Positions 8,380 through 15,896 of a stretch of 38,632 bases of DNA are shown here, piece by piece. Positions within the stretch are counted from its first letter, which is position 1, and each line of letters opens with the position of its first letter. The translations under genes and the position numbers were made by a program. The notes beneath the pieces are model-generated. The model did no database searches, was not told where the DNA came from, and saw nothing but the letters and a program-made list of their open reading frames with translations. The stretch is from an uncultured Bacteroidota bacterium (GTDB taxonomy: Bacteria; Bacteroidota; Bacteroidia; B-17B0; Aurantibacillaceae): NCBI GenBank assembly GCA_937868675.1, contig CALMNJ010000032.1, positions 1 to 38,632 of the forward strand, given 5' to 3'.

Positions 8380-10467
8380 TTAGTCTTTTAGTAAACGGCT
8401 TGATTTTAACAGATGTTCACCATCAAAGGCTTTTATAACATAAATGCCACGGGTCAATGCAGCCGTTTGAATAGCTCCTCCCGCATAGTTTTCAATACGC
8501 ATTACTTCCTGACCAAGAATATTATATATTTCGATGCGTGTTGCTGAGCCTTCAATCATTAACTCACTACGAAATGGATTAGGATACATGCGTACACCGG
8601 CATCGGCTGCCTTTTCGTCAATGCCAACACAGGGGGTAACAACAATGTTAACACTTGAGGAAGCTACGCAGCCATTGGATGCTGTGCCCGTGAGTGCTAC
8701 AACAACAGTGGTTGAGGTTCCGCCAGCCGTGTAGCTGATGGAAGAAGAATTACTGTTAATAGGACCAGACCAGTTATAATTGTTGGCGCCTGTTACCGAA
8801 ATACTGATTACCTGACCGTAACATGGGTTTGGCGCAAATGGACTGATTACAAGGGTAGGATTTGGATTAACATAAAGGCTATTAACTGCCGTTGCCGAAC
8901 AGCCATCTGTTGTAGTACCAACAACACTATACTGCAAGATAGTAAGGCTGCCAACAGGAGGTGTGGTAATAACATAGGGGTTATTGTTGCTGATAAGCGA
9001 ACCAAGAGTATAAATATAGGTGTCGGCACCGCTGGCTGTTGCTGTAAATATTTGGCCCGAACAAAGCGTAGAAGAAGGGCTTGCTGCAACAGCAACGGTT
9101 GGCGTTACAAACACATTAATAGTAATCGTATTTGCACCTGCACACACACTTGGTGAACCTGCGTAAAAACCCTCAACCGTATAGGTGGTGGAAGTGGTTG
9201 GACTTACAACAATGGAAGATGCCGTTGATGTACCAACACTCCATGAATAACTGCCGGCTGCATTAAGGGCACTAAGCGTTGCAGAAGAGCCTGTACACAA
9301 CGATGTCGTACTGGATGAAATATCCATGGAAAGGAAAGCACCTAAAGTAATGGTTGCAGTTTGAACTGCGGGACACACCGTGTTGCTTCCATAGGCAGTA
9401 ACAGTGTAAACGGTAGTTGCAGTAGGTGAAACAACAATGGCGGAGGTTGTTGCTGAATTGTTGGTCCACGCATAGGTTGAACCACCACTGGCAGAAAGTG
9501 TAATGTTTGATGCGGCAGGCAATGTGCAAACAGTATAGCTCGGAACAACAACGTTAGGTGTAGCCGTAACGGTTACAGCTACAGTAGCGGTACCCGTACA
9601 GCCAAGGCTGCTTGTTCCTGCAACAGTATAAGTTGTTGAAGCCGAAGGGCTAACAACAACGGAGGTTCCTGTACCGCCCGAACTCCAGGCATAAGATACT
9701 GGAACCGGTGTACCTGAATTGGAAACAGTAAGTGTAACGGAGTTACCGGAGCAAACCCCTGCTGTATTGCCCGAAATTGCCGTGAGGCTCGGTTGTGGAA
9801 GACAAGGAAGGCGGTAACTCACGGAGTCAAGACCTATATAACTGCTGTTGGCGCCATTGGGGCCACCATTTGTGACATAATATCTGAAAGCAAGGCGTCC
9901 GCTGACAGTACCAGTAATACCAGCAACAGTAGCCGAGTAAACAGTCCAGGTTTTTGGATACCCGTTTACAGAGTTGGAGCTTACACTGGTTGGCAATGAG
10001 GCGCTCAACGCCGGATTAACACTGAACGCAAGATTTGTAAACGTGCCTACTGCGCTTGAGCCAAGCGGTAAAGTATTGTTATCAACAGCGCTTAAACGTA
10101 CCTCAAGCCGGTCAGGATAGGTTGTAAGGTTAGTGTTGGTACGGGTTGCAAACTTAATAACGGCGCCATTCATAAGTTGAATGGATGGCGATATAAGCCA
10201 GTTGCTGATATCGCCCGACCCGGCGGTGCTGTTAAAATTGGCGGCATAATATTCGGTGGCAGAGCCGGTAAGGGCTGGAAAAACAGAGGCTGTGCCCGCA
10301 AACCAGCCGGTGGTTCCTACAGGCTGTGAGTTGTTCACTACTGTCCAGCCCGAGCTGGCATTAAGCTGAAACGAACTGTTAAAATTCTCATTTAGAACCA
10401 AAACCTGCGAATTAAGGTTTAAAAAACATCCAACAGCAAGACTAAGAAGGGGTAATTTCCTTTTCAT
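8380..10467 (-). CDS. T9SS type A cargo protein: cleaved-adhesin (choice-of-anchor J)-like N-terminal domain plus Ser/Thr-rich Ig-like repeats
   Basis: Signal peptide, ISNWLISP...YPDRLEVRLS...RLAFRYYV...YIGLD, repeated VVSP..TT.YTV units and C-terminal MYPNPF...GIYVIK. Confidence 0.85.
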   Translation of the reverse strand: MKRKLPLLSLAVGCFLNLNSQVLVLNENFNSSFQLNASSGWTVVNNSQPVGTTGWFAGTASVFPALTGSATEYYAANFNSTAGSGDISNWLISPSIQLMNGAVIKFATRTNTNLTTYPDRLEVRLSAVDNNTLPLGSSAVGTFTNLAFSVNPALSASLPTSVSSNSVNGYPKTWTVYSATVAGITGTVSGRLAFRYYVTNGGPNGANSSYIGLDSVSYRLPCLPQPSLTAISGNTAGVCSGNSVTLTVSNSGTPVPVSYAWSSGGTGTSVVVSPSASTTYTVAGTSSLGCTGTATVAVTVTATPNVVVPSYTVCTLPAASNITLSASGGSTYAWTNNSATTSAIVVSPTATTVYTVTAYGSNTVCPAVQTATITLGAFLSMDISSSTTSLCTGSSATLSALNAAGSYSWSVGTSTASSIVVSPTTSTTYTVEGFYAGSPSVCAGANTITINVFVTPTVAVAASPSSTLCSGQIFTATASGADTYIYTLGSLISNNNPYVITTPPVGSLTILQYSVVGTTTDGCSATAVNSLYVNPNPTLVISPFAPNPCYGQVISISVTGANNYNWSGPINSNSSSISYTAGGTSTTVVVALTGTASNGCVASSSVNIVVTPCVGIDEKAADAGVRMYPNPFRSELMIEGSATRIEIYNILGQEVMRIENYAGGAIQTAALTRGIYVIKAFDGEHLLKSSRLLKD

Positions 10468-10527
10468 TTAATTAACAATTTGCCACTAAAATAAGTAAAT
10501 TAATTACATGGTGGCAAATTACACTGT

Positions 10528-10881
10528 TTAACTGGTAAGCTCCAGTTGCACTTTTTTAGGAAGTGAAGCCAGCACCAAGTCGTACGAATGGCTTATCCAC
10601 TCCTGCAAAAGACGGCGTGGCGCGGCTCCCGAAGACTCGACCGTATTCCAGTGTTTTTTGTTCATGTGGTAGCCTGGTTTAACAAAATGATGCTTTTCCC
10701 TCAACTCAACCGCCAGGTCAGGGGCGCACTTAACATTAAAACTCACAGGCTTTGCGCTAATTGACATGAGCAAAAAAATTTTTCCGCCTACTTTAAAAAC
10801 CAGGGTGTCAGAATCAAAAGGAAAGGCCTCTTCAACGCCTTTTTTGCCGAGGCAAAACTCGCGGATTTCTTCGGTATTCAT
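10528..10881 (-). CDS. MmcQ/YjbR family DNA-binding protein
   Basis: FPFD..TLVFKVGGKIF, NVKC.P, PGYHMNKKHWNTV and SYDLV. Confidence 0.93.
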   Translation of the reverse strand: MNTEEIREFCLGKKGVEEAFPFDSDTLVFKVGGKIFLLMSISAKPVSFNVKCAPDLAVELREKHHFVKPGYHMNKKHWNTVESSGAAPRRLLQEWISHSYDLVLASLPKKVQLELTS

Positions 10882-11042
10882 CTGATAACAATTTCTTAAT
10901 ATCTACCCCAAATATGGCAAAAATGTTGCCAGTTGTACAACAAGGCCGGGCAGGACGTGGAAAGCGTATAATATTTGTGTCCGTATTAGCGTTTAAACGC
11001 ATAAAATAGGATGCCAGGATTTTTTCTTAAAACTATTTTAAT

Positions 11043-11050
11043 TAAGTTTG
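11043..11050 (+). promoter_or_regulatory. -7 promoter box (TAAGTTTG) for the exbB operon
   Basis: Matches TAnnTTTG, 42 nt upstream of the exbB ATG, followed by an A-rich leader. Confidence 0.65.
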
Positions 11051-11092
11051 GCGTTCTAAAATTTTCAACGAAACACAAAAAACAGAAATATC

Positions 11093-11896
11093 ATGAGTAC
11101 AAAAAAGACATCGGGAGGTTTCCCATTGGTGATTTCAGCTTTTGCAATTGTGATTTGCATCGCCATCGGGTGGTTTATTTATTTAAAGTTGCTTGGCGCA
11201 CCTAAAAATTTTGAAGGAGAAGATCCCGAAAAAGGACATCCTCACAACCTGCTTGGAACCATGTACAAGGGTGGTGTTATTGTACCCTTCCTGCTAGGCT
11301 TTTTCCTTACTGTGTGGACCTTTGCCATCGAACGCTTCATCACAATCATGAGGGCTAATGGTCGCGGCCAAACCGATAAATTTGTTTCGAACATTAAATC
11401 ATTCATCGCCAACCACGATTTTGAAGGCGCCAAAGCCGAATGTGATAAACAAAAGGGCTCGCTGGCTAATGTGGTGCACGAGGGTATTGCAAAATATCAG
11501 TTTGTGAAAGACGATCATAATATGGACAAAGAAGCGAAAGTACACGCCATTCAGAAGTCGCTTGAAGAAGCTACAGCACTTGAACTGCCAATGCTTTCCA
11601 AAAACATGGTCGTAATTTCTACAATGGCCTCTATCGGAACACTTACCGGTCTTATTGGAACAGTGGTTGGTATGATTCGTGCCTTTGCCGCTCTTGCCAA
11701 TGCCGGTGCTCCTGATACATCTGCTCTTGCAACAGGTATTTCCGAGGCCCTTGTAAACACCCTTGTTGGTATCGCAACCTCTGCCTTCGCCATTATATTC
11801 TACAACCTGTTCAGCAACCGTGTTGACCAGATTACCTACGCGATGGATGAAGCAGGGTTCTCTATTATTCAGGAGTTCCAGTCGAGCGAAAAGTAA
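11093..11896 (+). CDS. exbB: MotA/TolQ/ExbB proton channel protein
   Basis: TLTGLIGTVVGMIRAF, GISEALVNT.VGI and several TM helices. Confidence 0.93.
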   Translation: MSTKKTSGGFPLVISAFAIVICIAIGWFIYLKLLGAPKNFEGEDPEKGHPHNLLGTMYKGGVIVPFLLGFFLTVWTFAIERFITIMRANGRGQTDKFVSNIKSFIANHDFEGAKAECDKQKGSLANVVHEGIAKYQFVKDDHNMDKEAKVHAIQKSLEEATALELPMLSKNMVVISTMASIGTLTGLIGTVVGMIRAFAALANAGAPDTSALATGISEALVNTLVGIATSAFAIIFYNLFSNRVDQITYAMDEAGFSIIQEFQSSEK

Positions 11897-11954
11897 TTTC
11901 GCCCGCATTTATGGAAATTCAATAATGTATTCATCTTAATAAAAACGAAACAAC

Positions 11955-12650
11955 ATGTCGAAAAAACCATCCAAAGGAGGAGCCCCATCACTGGACATGA
12001 CGCCCATGGTGGATTTGGCGTTCCTGCTGGTAACATTCTTCATGCTTACCGCTTCGTTTCGTATGGCCGAGCCCGTTACCGTTGACCCGCCCTCTTCAAT
12101 TGGTAAGGTAACGCTGCCCGACAATCATATTATGGTGACCATTGATAATGATGGCCGCGTATTTTTTGGCATCAGCAATACCACAGCCAAGATTAACGCG
12201 CTTCGCTCCATGGCCCAGAAATATAAAGTGTCATTTACTCCTGAGCAGGAAAAGAAATTTACAGGTTTACCCAGCTTTGGAGTAGACATTAAAGACCTGC
12301 CCAGGTATATTAATGCCAGCGAAAACGAACGAAGCGGATTTCAGCCCCAAAAAGGAGTGCCCAACGACTCGCTCAACAATCCACAGTTAAAAGACTGGAT
12401 TGCCTTTGCGGGCCGGGAAGCGGTTCTTGCCTATAATGAAGCAAAAGAAAAGGCAGAGACCTCCGGACAGGACTTTAAAGCAGAAAAGCCACGCTACGCT
12501 ATTAAATGCGATGGCAAAACCAAATACATTTTGGTGAAGGATGTGGTAAAAACATTTACCGACCTTAAGATTTATCAGTTCAATTTAATAACCTCGTTGG
12601 AGGGCGGCGGTACTGTGCTTGATGAAGGCAAACCGCAAAACGGCCTCTGA
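11955..12650 (+). CDS. exbD: ExbD/TolR family protein (first copy)
   Basis: DMTPMVDLAFLLVTFFML transmembrane motif with the conserved Asp; C-terminal IKCDGKTKY. Confidence 0.92.
   Translation: MSKKPSKGGAPSLDMTPMVDLAFLLVTFFMLTASFRMAEPVTVDPPSSIGKVTLPDNHIMVTIDNDGRVFFGISNTTAKINALRSMAQKYKVSFTPEQEKKFTGLPSFGVDIKDLPRYINASENERSGFQPQKGVPNDSLNNPQLKDWIAFAGREAVLAYNEAKEKAETSGQDFKAEKPRYAIKCDGKTKYILVKDVVKTFTDLKIYQFNLITSLEGGGTVLDEGKPQNGL
11994..12028 (+). repeat. 35-nt direct repeat, copy 1 (in exbD1)
   Basis: GACATGACGCCCATGGTGGATTTGGCGTTCCTGCT, identical to 12750-12784. Confidence 0.95.
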
Positions 12651-12668
12651 TTTAAAAAAGACTGAACG

Positions 12669-13304
12669 ATGGCAGAGATTGCAGAAGATGGCGGTGGTGG
12701 CCATAAGAAGGGCGGCAAAAAGCGCGCCAAGAAACAAAGCACCAAGATTGACATGACGCCCATGGTGGATTTGGCGTTCCTGCTCCTTACCTTTTTCGTA
12801 CTCACATCCACCTTCAGTAAGCCCAAGTCAATGGAACTTACATTTCCCGTTCCGCCCAAGGAGCCTACTGAACAAACCAAAGTAAAAAATGGGGTAACCT
12901 TCCTGCTTACCAAGGATGACCGTGTTTTTTATTATGAAAAGGAATTCAGGGCCAAGCCTGAAGGCGAGAATGCAGCGACAGACCTTACCGAGTTGAATTT
13001 TTCGGCTGAAAGCCTGCACAAATTTATGCTCGACAAAAACAAGGCCATGCAGGATGCGATAAAAGCCCTGGATGAGAAGTTTCAAAAGCGCCAGCTTGCA
13101 GATACAACCTACAAACGTCTGGTAAGGGAAGTAAAAGCAGATAAGAACTCCTATACGTATCTGATAAAAACCGACGACAAGGCATCGTACAAAAACGTGA
13201 TTGATCTGATTGACGAGCTCAATATTAACCTTGTAGGTAAGTATGTGATTACCGATATCACAAAACCTGAATTGGATTTATTAAACGCTAAAACAGGAGG
13301 ATAA
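12669..13304 (+). CDS. exbD: ExbD/TolR family protein (second copy)
   Basis: MAEI...KKGGKKRAKK.STKIDMTPMVDLAFLLLTFF and IKTDDKASYKNVIDLIDEL. Confidence 0.92.
   Translation: MAEIAEDGGGGHKKGGKKRAKKQSTKIDMTPMVDLAFLLLTFFVLTSTFSKPKSMELTFPVPPKEPTEQTKVKNGVTFLLTKDDRVFYYEKEFRAKPEGENAATDLTELNFSAESLHKFMLDKNKAMQDAIKALDEKFQKRQLADTTYKRLVREVKADKNSYTYLIKTDDKASYKNVIDLIDELNINLVGKYVITDITKPELDLLNAKTGG
12750..12784 (+). repeat. 35-nt direct repeat, copy 2 (in exbD2)
   Basis: Identical to 11994-12028. Confidence 0.95.
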
Positions 13305-13305
13305 G

Positions 13306-14100
13306 ATGTTTCAAAACTGGAATAACGTAACATCCGATTCGCGCAACGATCTTATTTTCGAAGGGCGTAATCAGGAGTATGGAGCGTATGTGATACGAAG
13401 AGATTACAATCGGGTGGTAATGTTTATAATTATTGGTGTCCTGATGTTTGTTTTTGCGCTGTTTGGATTAAAGCGCTGCGTTGACAACAGGATCGCCAAA
13501 CTTGAAAAACCGGTGGACATGAGCAACATTGCGGTTGACCTAACACCGCCACCCCCGCAGGAAGAGCAACCGCCGCCCCCACCCCCACCGCCGCCCCCTC
13601 CTATGGTAGAGATGGTAAAGTTTACTCCGCCGGTAATTAAAGACGATGCCGTGGAGGAGGAGCCTCAAAAACTTCAGGAGCAGGTAACCGATACCAATGT
13701 GGGTGAAAAAGATCAGGAAGGTGAAAAGGATCCAATTGCACCACCGGTTGAAACCGGACCCACTGAGCCGGCTCAGCCTGAAATCTTCACCATTGTGGAA
13801 GAGAACGCTGAATTTCCGGGCGGAACGGTTGCCATGATGAAGTATATGAAGGACAACACTCAATACCCCGCTATGGCACGTGAAGCCGGCATAAGCGGCA
13901 AGTGCTTCCTGAAATTTGTGGTGAATGAAAATGGAGAGATCAGTAATGTGGAAGTACTTAAAGGCGTACCGGGTTGTGGCGACTGTGATCGTGAGGCTGT
14001 GCGCGTTGTAAAATCAATGCCGAAATGGAAGCCTGCAAAAATGACCGGACGCTCGGTAAAGTGCTACTTCAACCTCCCCTTTAGCTTTAAGATACAATAA
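13306..14100 (+). CDS. tonB: Energy transducer TonB
   Basis: DLIFEGRNQEYGAY N-terminus, TM anchor, poly-Pro linker and TonB C-domain (FPGG...YP.MARE.GISG...EAVRVVKSMPKWKPA). Confidence 0.93.
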   Translation: MFQNWNNVTSDSRNDLIFEGRNQEYGAYVIRRDYNRVVMFIIIGVLMFVFALFGLKRCVDNRIAKLEKPVDMSNIAVDLTPPPPQEEQPPPPPPPPPPPMVEMVKFTPPVIKDDAVEEEPQKLQEQVTDTNVGEKDQEGEKDPIAPPVETGPTEPAQPEIFTIVEENAEFPGGTVAMMKYMKDNTQYPAMAREAGISGKCFLKFVVNENGEISNVEVLKGVPGCGDCDREAVRVVKSMPKWKPAKMTGRSVKCYFNLPFSFKIQ

Positions 14101-14122
14101 CCGTAATACAACTATTAAAAAC

Positions 14123-14155
14123 AAAGCCATAACAAAACCTGTTGTGGCTTTTTTT
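14123..14155 (+). terminator. Intrinsic terminator after tonB
   Basis: AAAGCCATAACA-AAACC-TGTTGTGGCTTT followed by further Ts. Confidence 0.8.
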
Positions 14156-14168
14156 ATCAAGCAGTAAC

Positions 14169-14384
14169 ATGAAACCTCTCGGTAATATGGTATCACTTTG
14201 GTTTGGAGTTGTAATGGTTGTTGTACTCCTGGCTGGCTCCGTGGCTATTTTGTTCACCGATTTTATGAGTGATCGTTTGCAGGGAAATCGCCGGATCTTT
14301 TTTGTGCTCTTGTTGCTGGCGTATTGCGTGTACAGGTCGTACCGCATTTATCAAACAATCAAACAAAGCAGAAATGAAGAGTAA
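14169..14384 (+). CDS. Small two-TM membrane protein (71 aa)
   Basis: ATG at 14169, two hydrophobic helices and a C-terminal AYCVYRSYRIY. Sits in operon position before the PstS-like gene. Confidence 0.7.
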   Translation: MKPLGNMVSLWFGVVMVVVLLAGSVAILFTDFMSDRLQGNRRIFFVLLLLAYCVYRSYRIYQTIKQSRNEE

Positions 14385-15369
14385 CGCCATAAAAAGCCCC
14401 TGCTACCATTCGGCTTCTTACACTATGCGGACTATTGTGTTGTTTGTTTGCGCAGGATTAGTACCGTTACAGTTTTCGTGTGGCGATTATTTTAAAAATG
14501 ATTACAGGGATAATTCACCAACCTCAGGAAGGCTGAAAGTTTATTGCGACGAAGGCATGATGCCACATGTAAAAAACCAATCGCTCACCTTTATGTCTCA
14601 GTATCCTAACGCCATCGTAGAATGGTTCGAAGGTACCGAGCACGATGCGGTGATGGCCCTTTATAACGACAGTTGCGAGGCCATTGTAATTTCAAGGCTT
14701 TTAAATGAGAAAGAAAAAAATGCGTTTGGGTACAGGCAGTTCGACCCCAAATACTCGGCAGTGGCAAAAAGCGGTGTGGCCATTATCTGCAACTACGAAA
14801 CCCCGCTTTCCGCACTCTCGCTACAGGCCATCAGAAACCTTGTAACATCTGGGGAAGCGGTAAACGATTCAACCGGCAGAAAAATGGAGCTGCGGGTGCT
14901 GTTTGACAGAAACGGATCATCCGTGATGCGTTATATAACCGATTCGGTTATAAAAACCCGGAAGCTTTCATCAAATTGCAGCGCCCTTGCCAGCAGCAGA
15001 GAAACGATTAATTACATTGCTACCCATAAGGGGACCCTTGCATTTATAGACTTTGCCTGGTTGAGCGATAAAGATGATTCGCTGTACAAAGCCAATGCAG
15101 ATAAAATACGATTTGTTGGCATAACGGGTGGAAACGGCCAGTCCGCTGAATACCCCAGCCAAAGCAGCTTTAAAACGGGTACATACCCTTTTACCCGCAC
15201 GGTTTATGTATATCGCAAAACCGGCGATTTTACGCTTGCCAAAGGGTTTGAAAGTTTTGTTGCCGGGCCCAAAGGGCAGTTGACTTTTTTAAAACAGGGC
15301 CTTTTGCCCAACCGCCAGGCCGAGCGGGTTATAGAGGTGAAAATGGAACCACTGGATGTGAACCCATGA
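14374..15369 (+). CDS. PstS-like periplasmic binding protein (PBP superfamily), probable lipoprotein; alternative start at 14425
   Basis: Lipobox-like LQFSC, NSPTSG.LKVYCDE, SRLL...E, VLFDRNGSS..RY and TYPFTRTVY...GF.SFVAGPKGQ..FLKQGLLP. Confidence 0.82.
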   Translation: MKSNAIKSPCYHSASYTMRTIVLFVCAGLVPLQFSCGDYFKNDYRDNSPTSGRLKVYCDEGMMPHVKNQSLTFMSQYPNAIVEWFEGTEHDAVMALYNDSCEAIVISRLLNEKEKNAFGYRQFDPKYSAVAKSGVAIICNYETPLSALSLQAIRNLVTSGEAVNDSTGRKMELRVLFDRNGSSVMRYITDSVIKTRKLSSNCSALASSRETINYIATHKGTLAFIDFAWLSDKDDSLYKANADKIRFVGITGGNGQSAEYPSQSSFKTGTYPFTRTVYVYRKTGDFTLAKGFESFVAGPKGQLTFLKQGLLPNRQAERVIEVKMEPLDVNP

Positions 15370-15815
15370 AAAGGCTGTTTGGATTATTTGCGATGCTTGT
15401 TTTTTTTACTCCGCTCTGTGGACAGCCGGATGTTATCAGAATAAAAAAGGAAGAACCACAAGCGCTTAAAATAAAAGTATCCATGCAGGAAGATATTAAT
15501 GGAAAATATGATAGAATTCCTGAATATAAGGGTGGAATACCGGCGCTTGGAAAATACCTGAAAGAAAAAATAATCATCCCTGAAATTAAGAACAGTGAGA
15601 AGATTATATGTAGAATAAGCGTTAACCTCACCATAAACAAAAATGGAAAAATTGCAAAAGCGGATTTGCTTAGCGGCTGCCTCGCCTGCTCTGTTTGCAA
15701 CGTCGAAATTATTAAGGCCCTTTATAAAATGCCACATTGGCTTCCGGCCACTATCCACAACAAGCCAGTAAAGTACAAGATGGTACTCAATGTGGTATAT
15801 GAGGCAGAATCGTGA
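15366..15815 (+). CDS. Stand-alone TonB C-terminal domain protein with signal peptide
   Basis: PEYKGGIPALGKYL...INKNGKI...KMPHWLPA...KPV. No Pro-rich linker. ATGA overlap with the upstream gene. Confidence 0.75.
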   Translation: MKRLFGLFAMLVFFTPLCGQPDVIRIKKEEPQALKIKVSMQEDINGKYDRIPEYKGGIPALGKYLKEKIIIPEIKNSEKIICRISVNLTINKNGKIAKADLLSGCLACSVCNVEIIKALYKMPHWLPATIHNKPVKYKMVLNVVYEAES

Positions 15816-15896
15816 AAAAATCAAAAAACATCCAAATAAATTGACAAAGGCATCCCATTTGCAAACGCTTAATTAAGTATTTTTAAACTTTTTATA

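Noticed and set aside
13544-13602. C-rich low-complexity tract
   Set aside because: Encodes the normal poly-Pro linker of TonB with mixed codons, not a tandem DNA repeat.
14269-14373. N-terminal extension of the PstS-like ORF in the track
   Set aside because: Overlaps the small membrane gene in another frame; ATG 14374 or 14425 gives a plausible lipoprotein leader.
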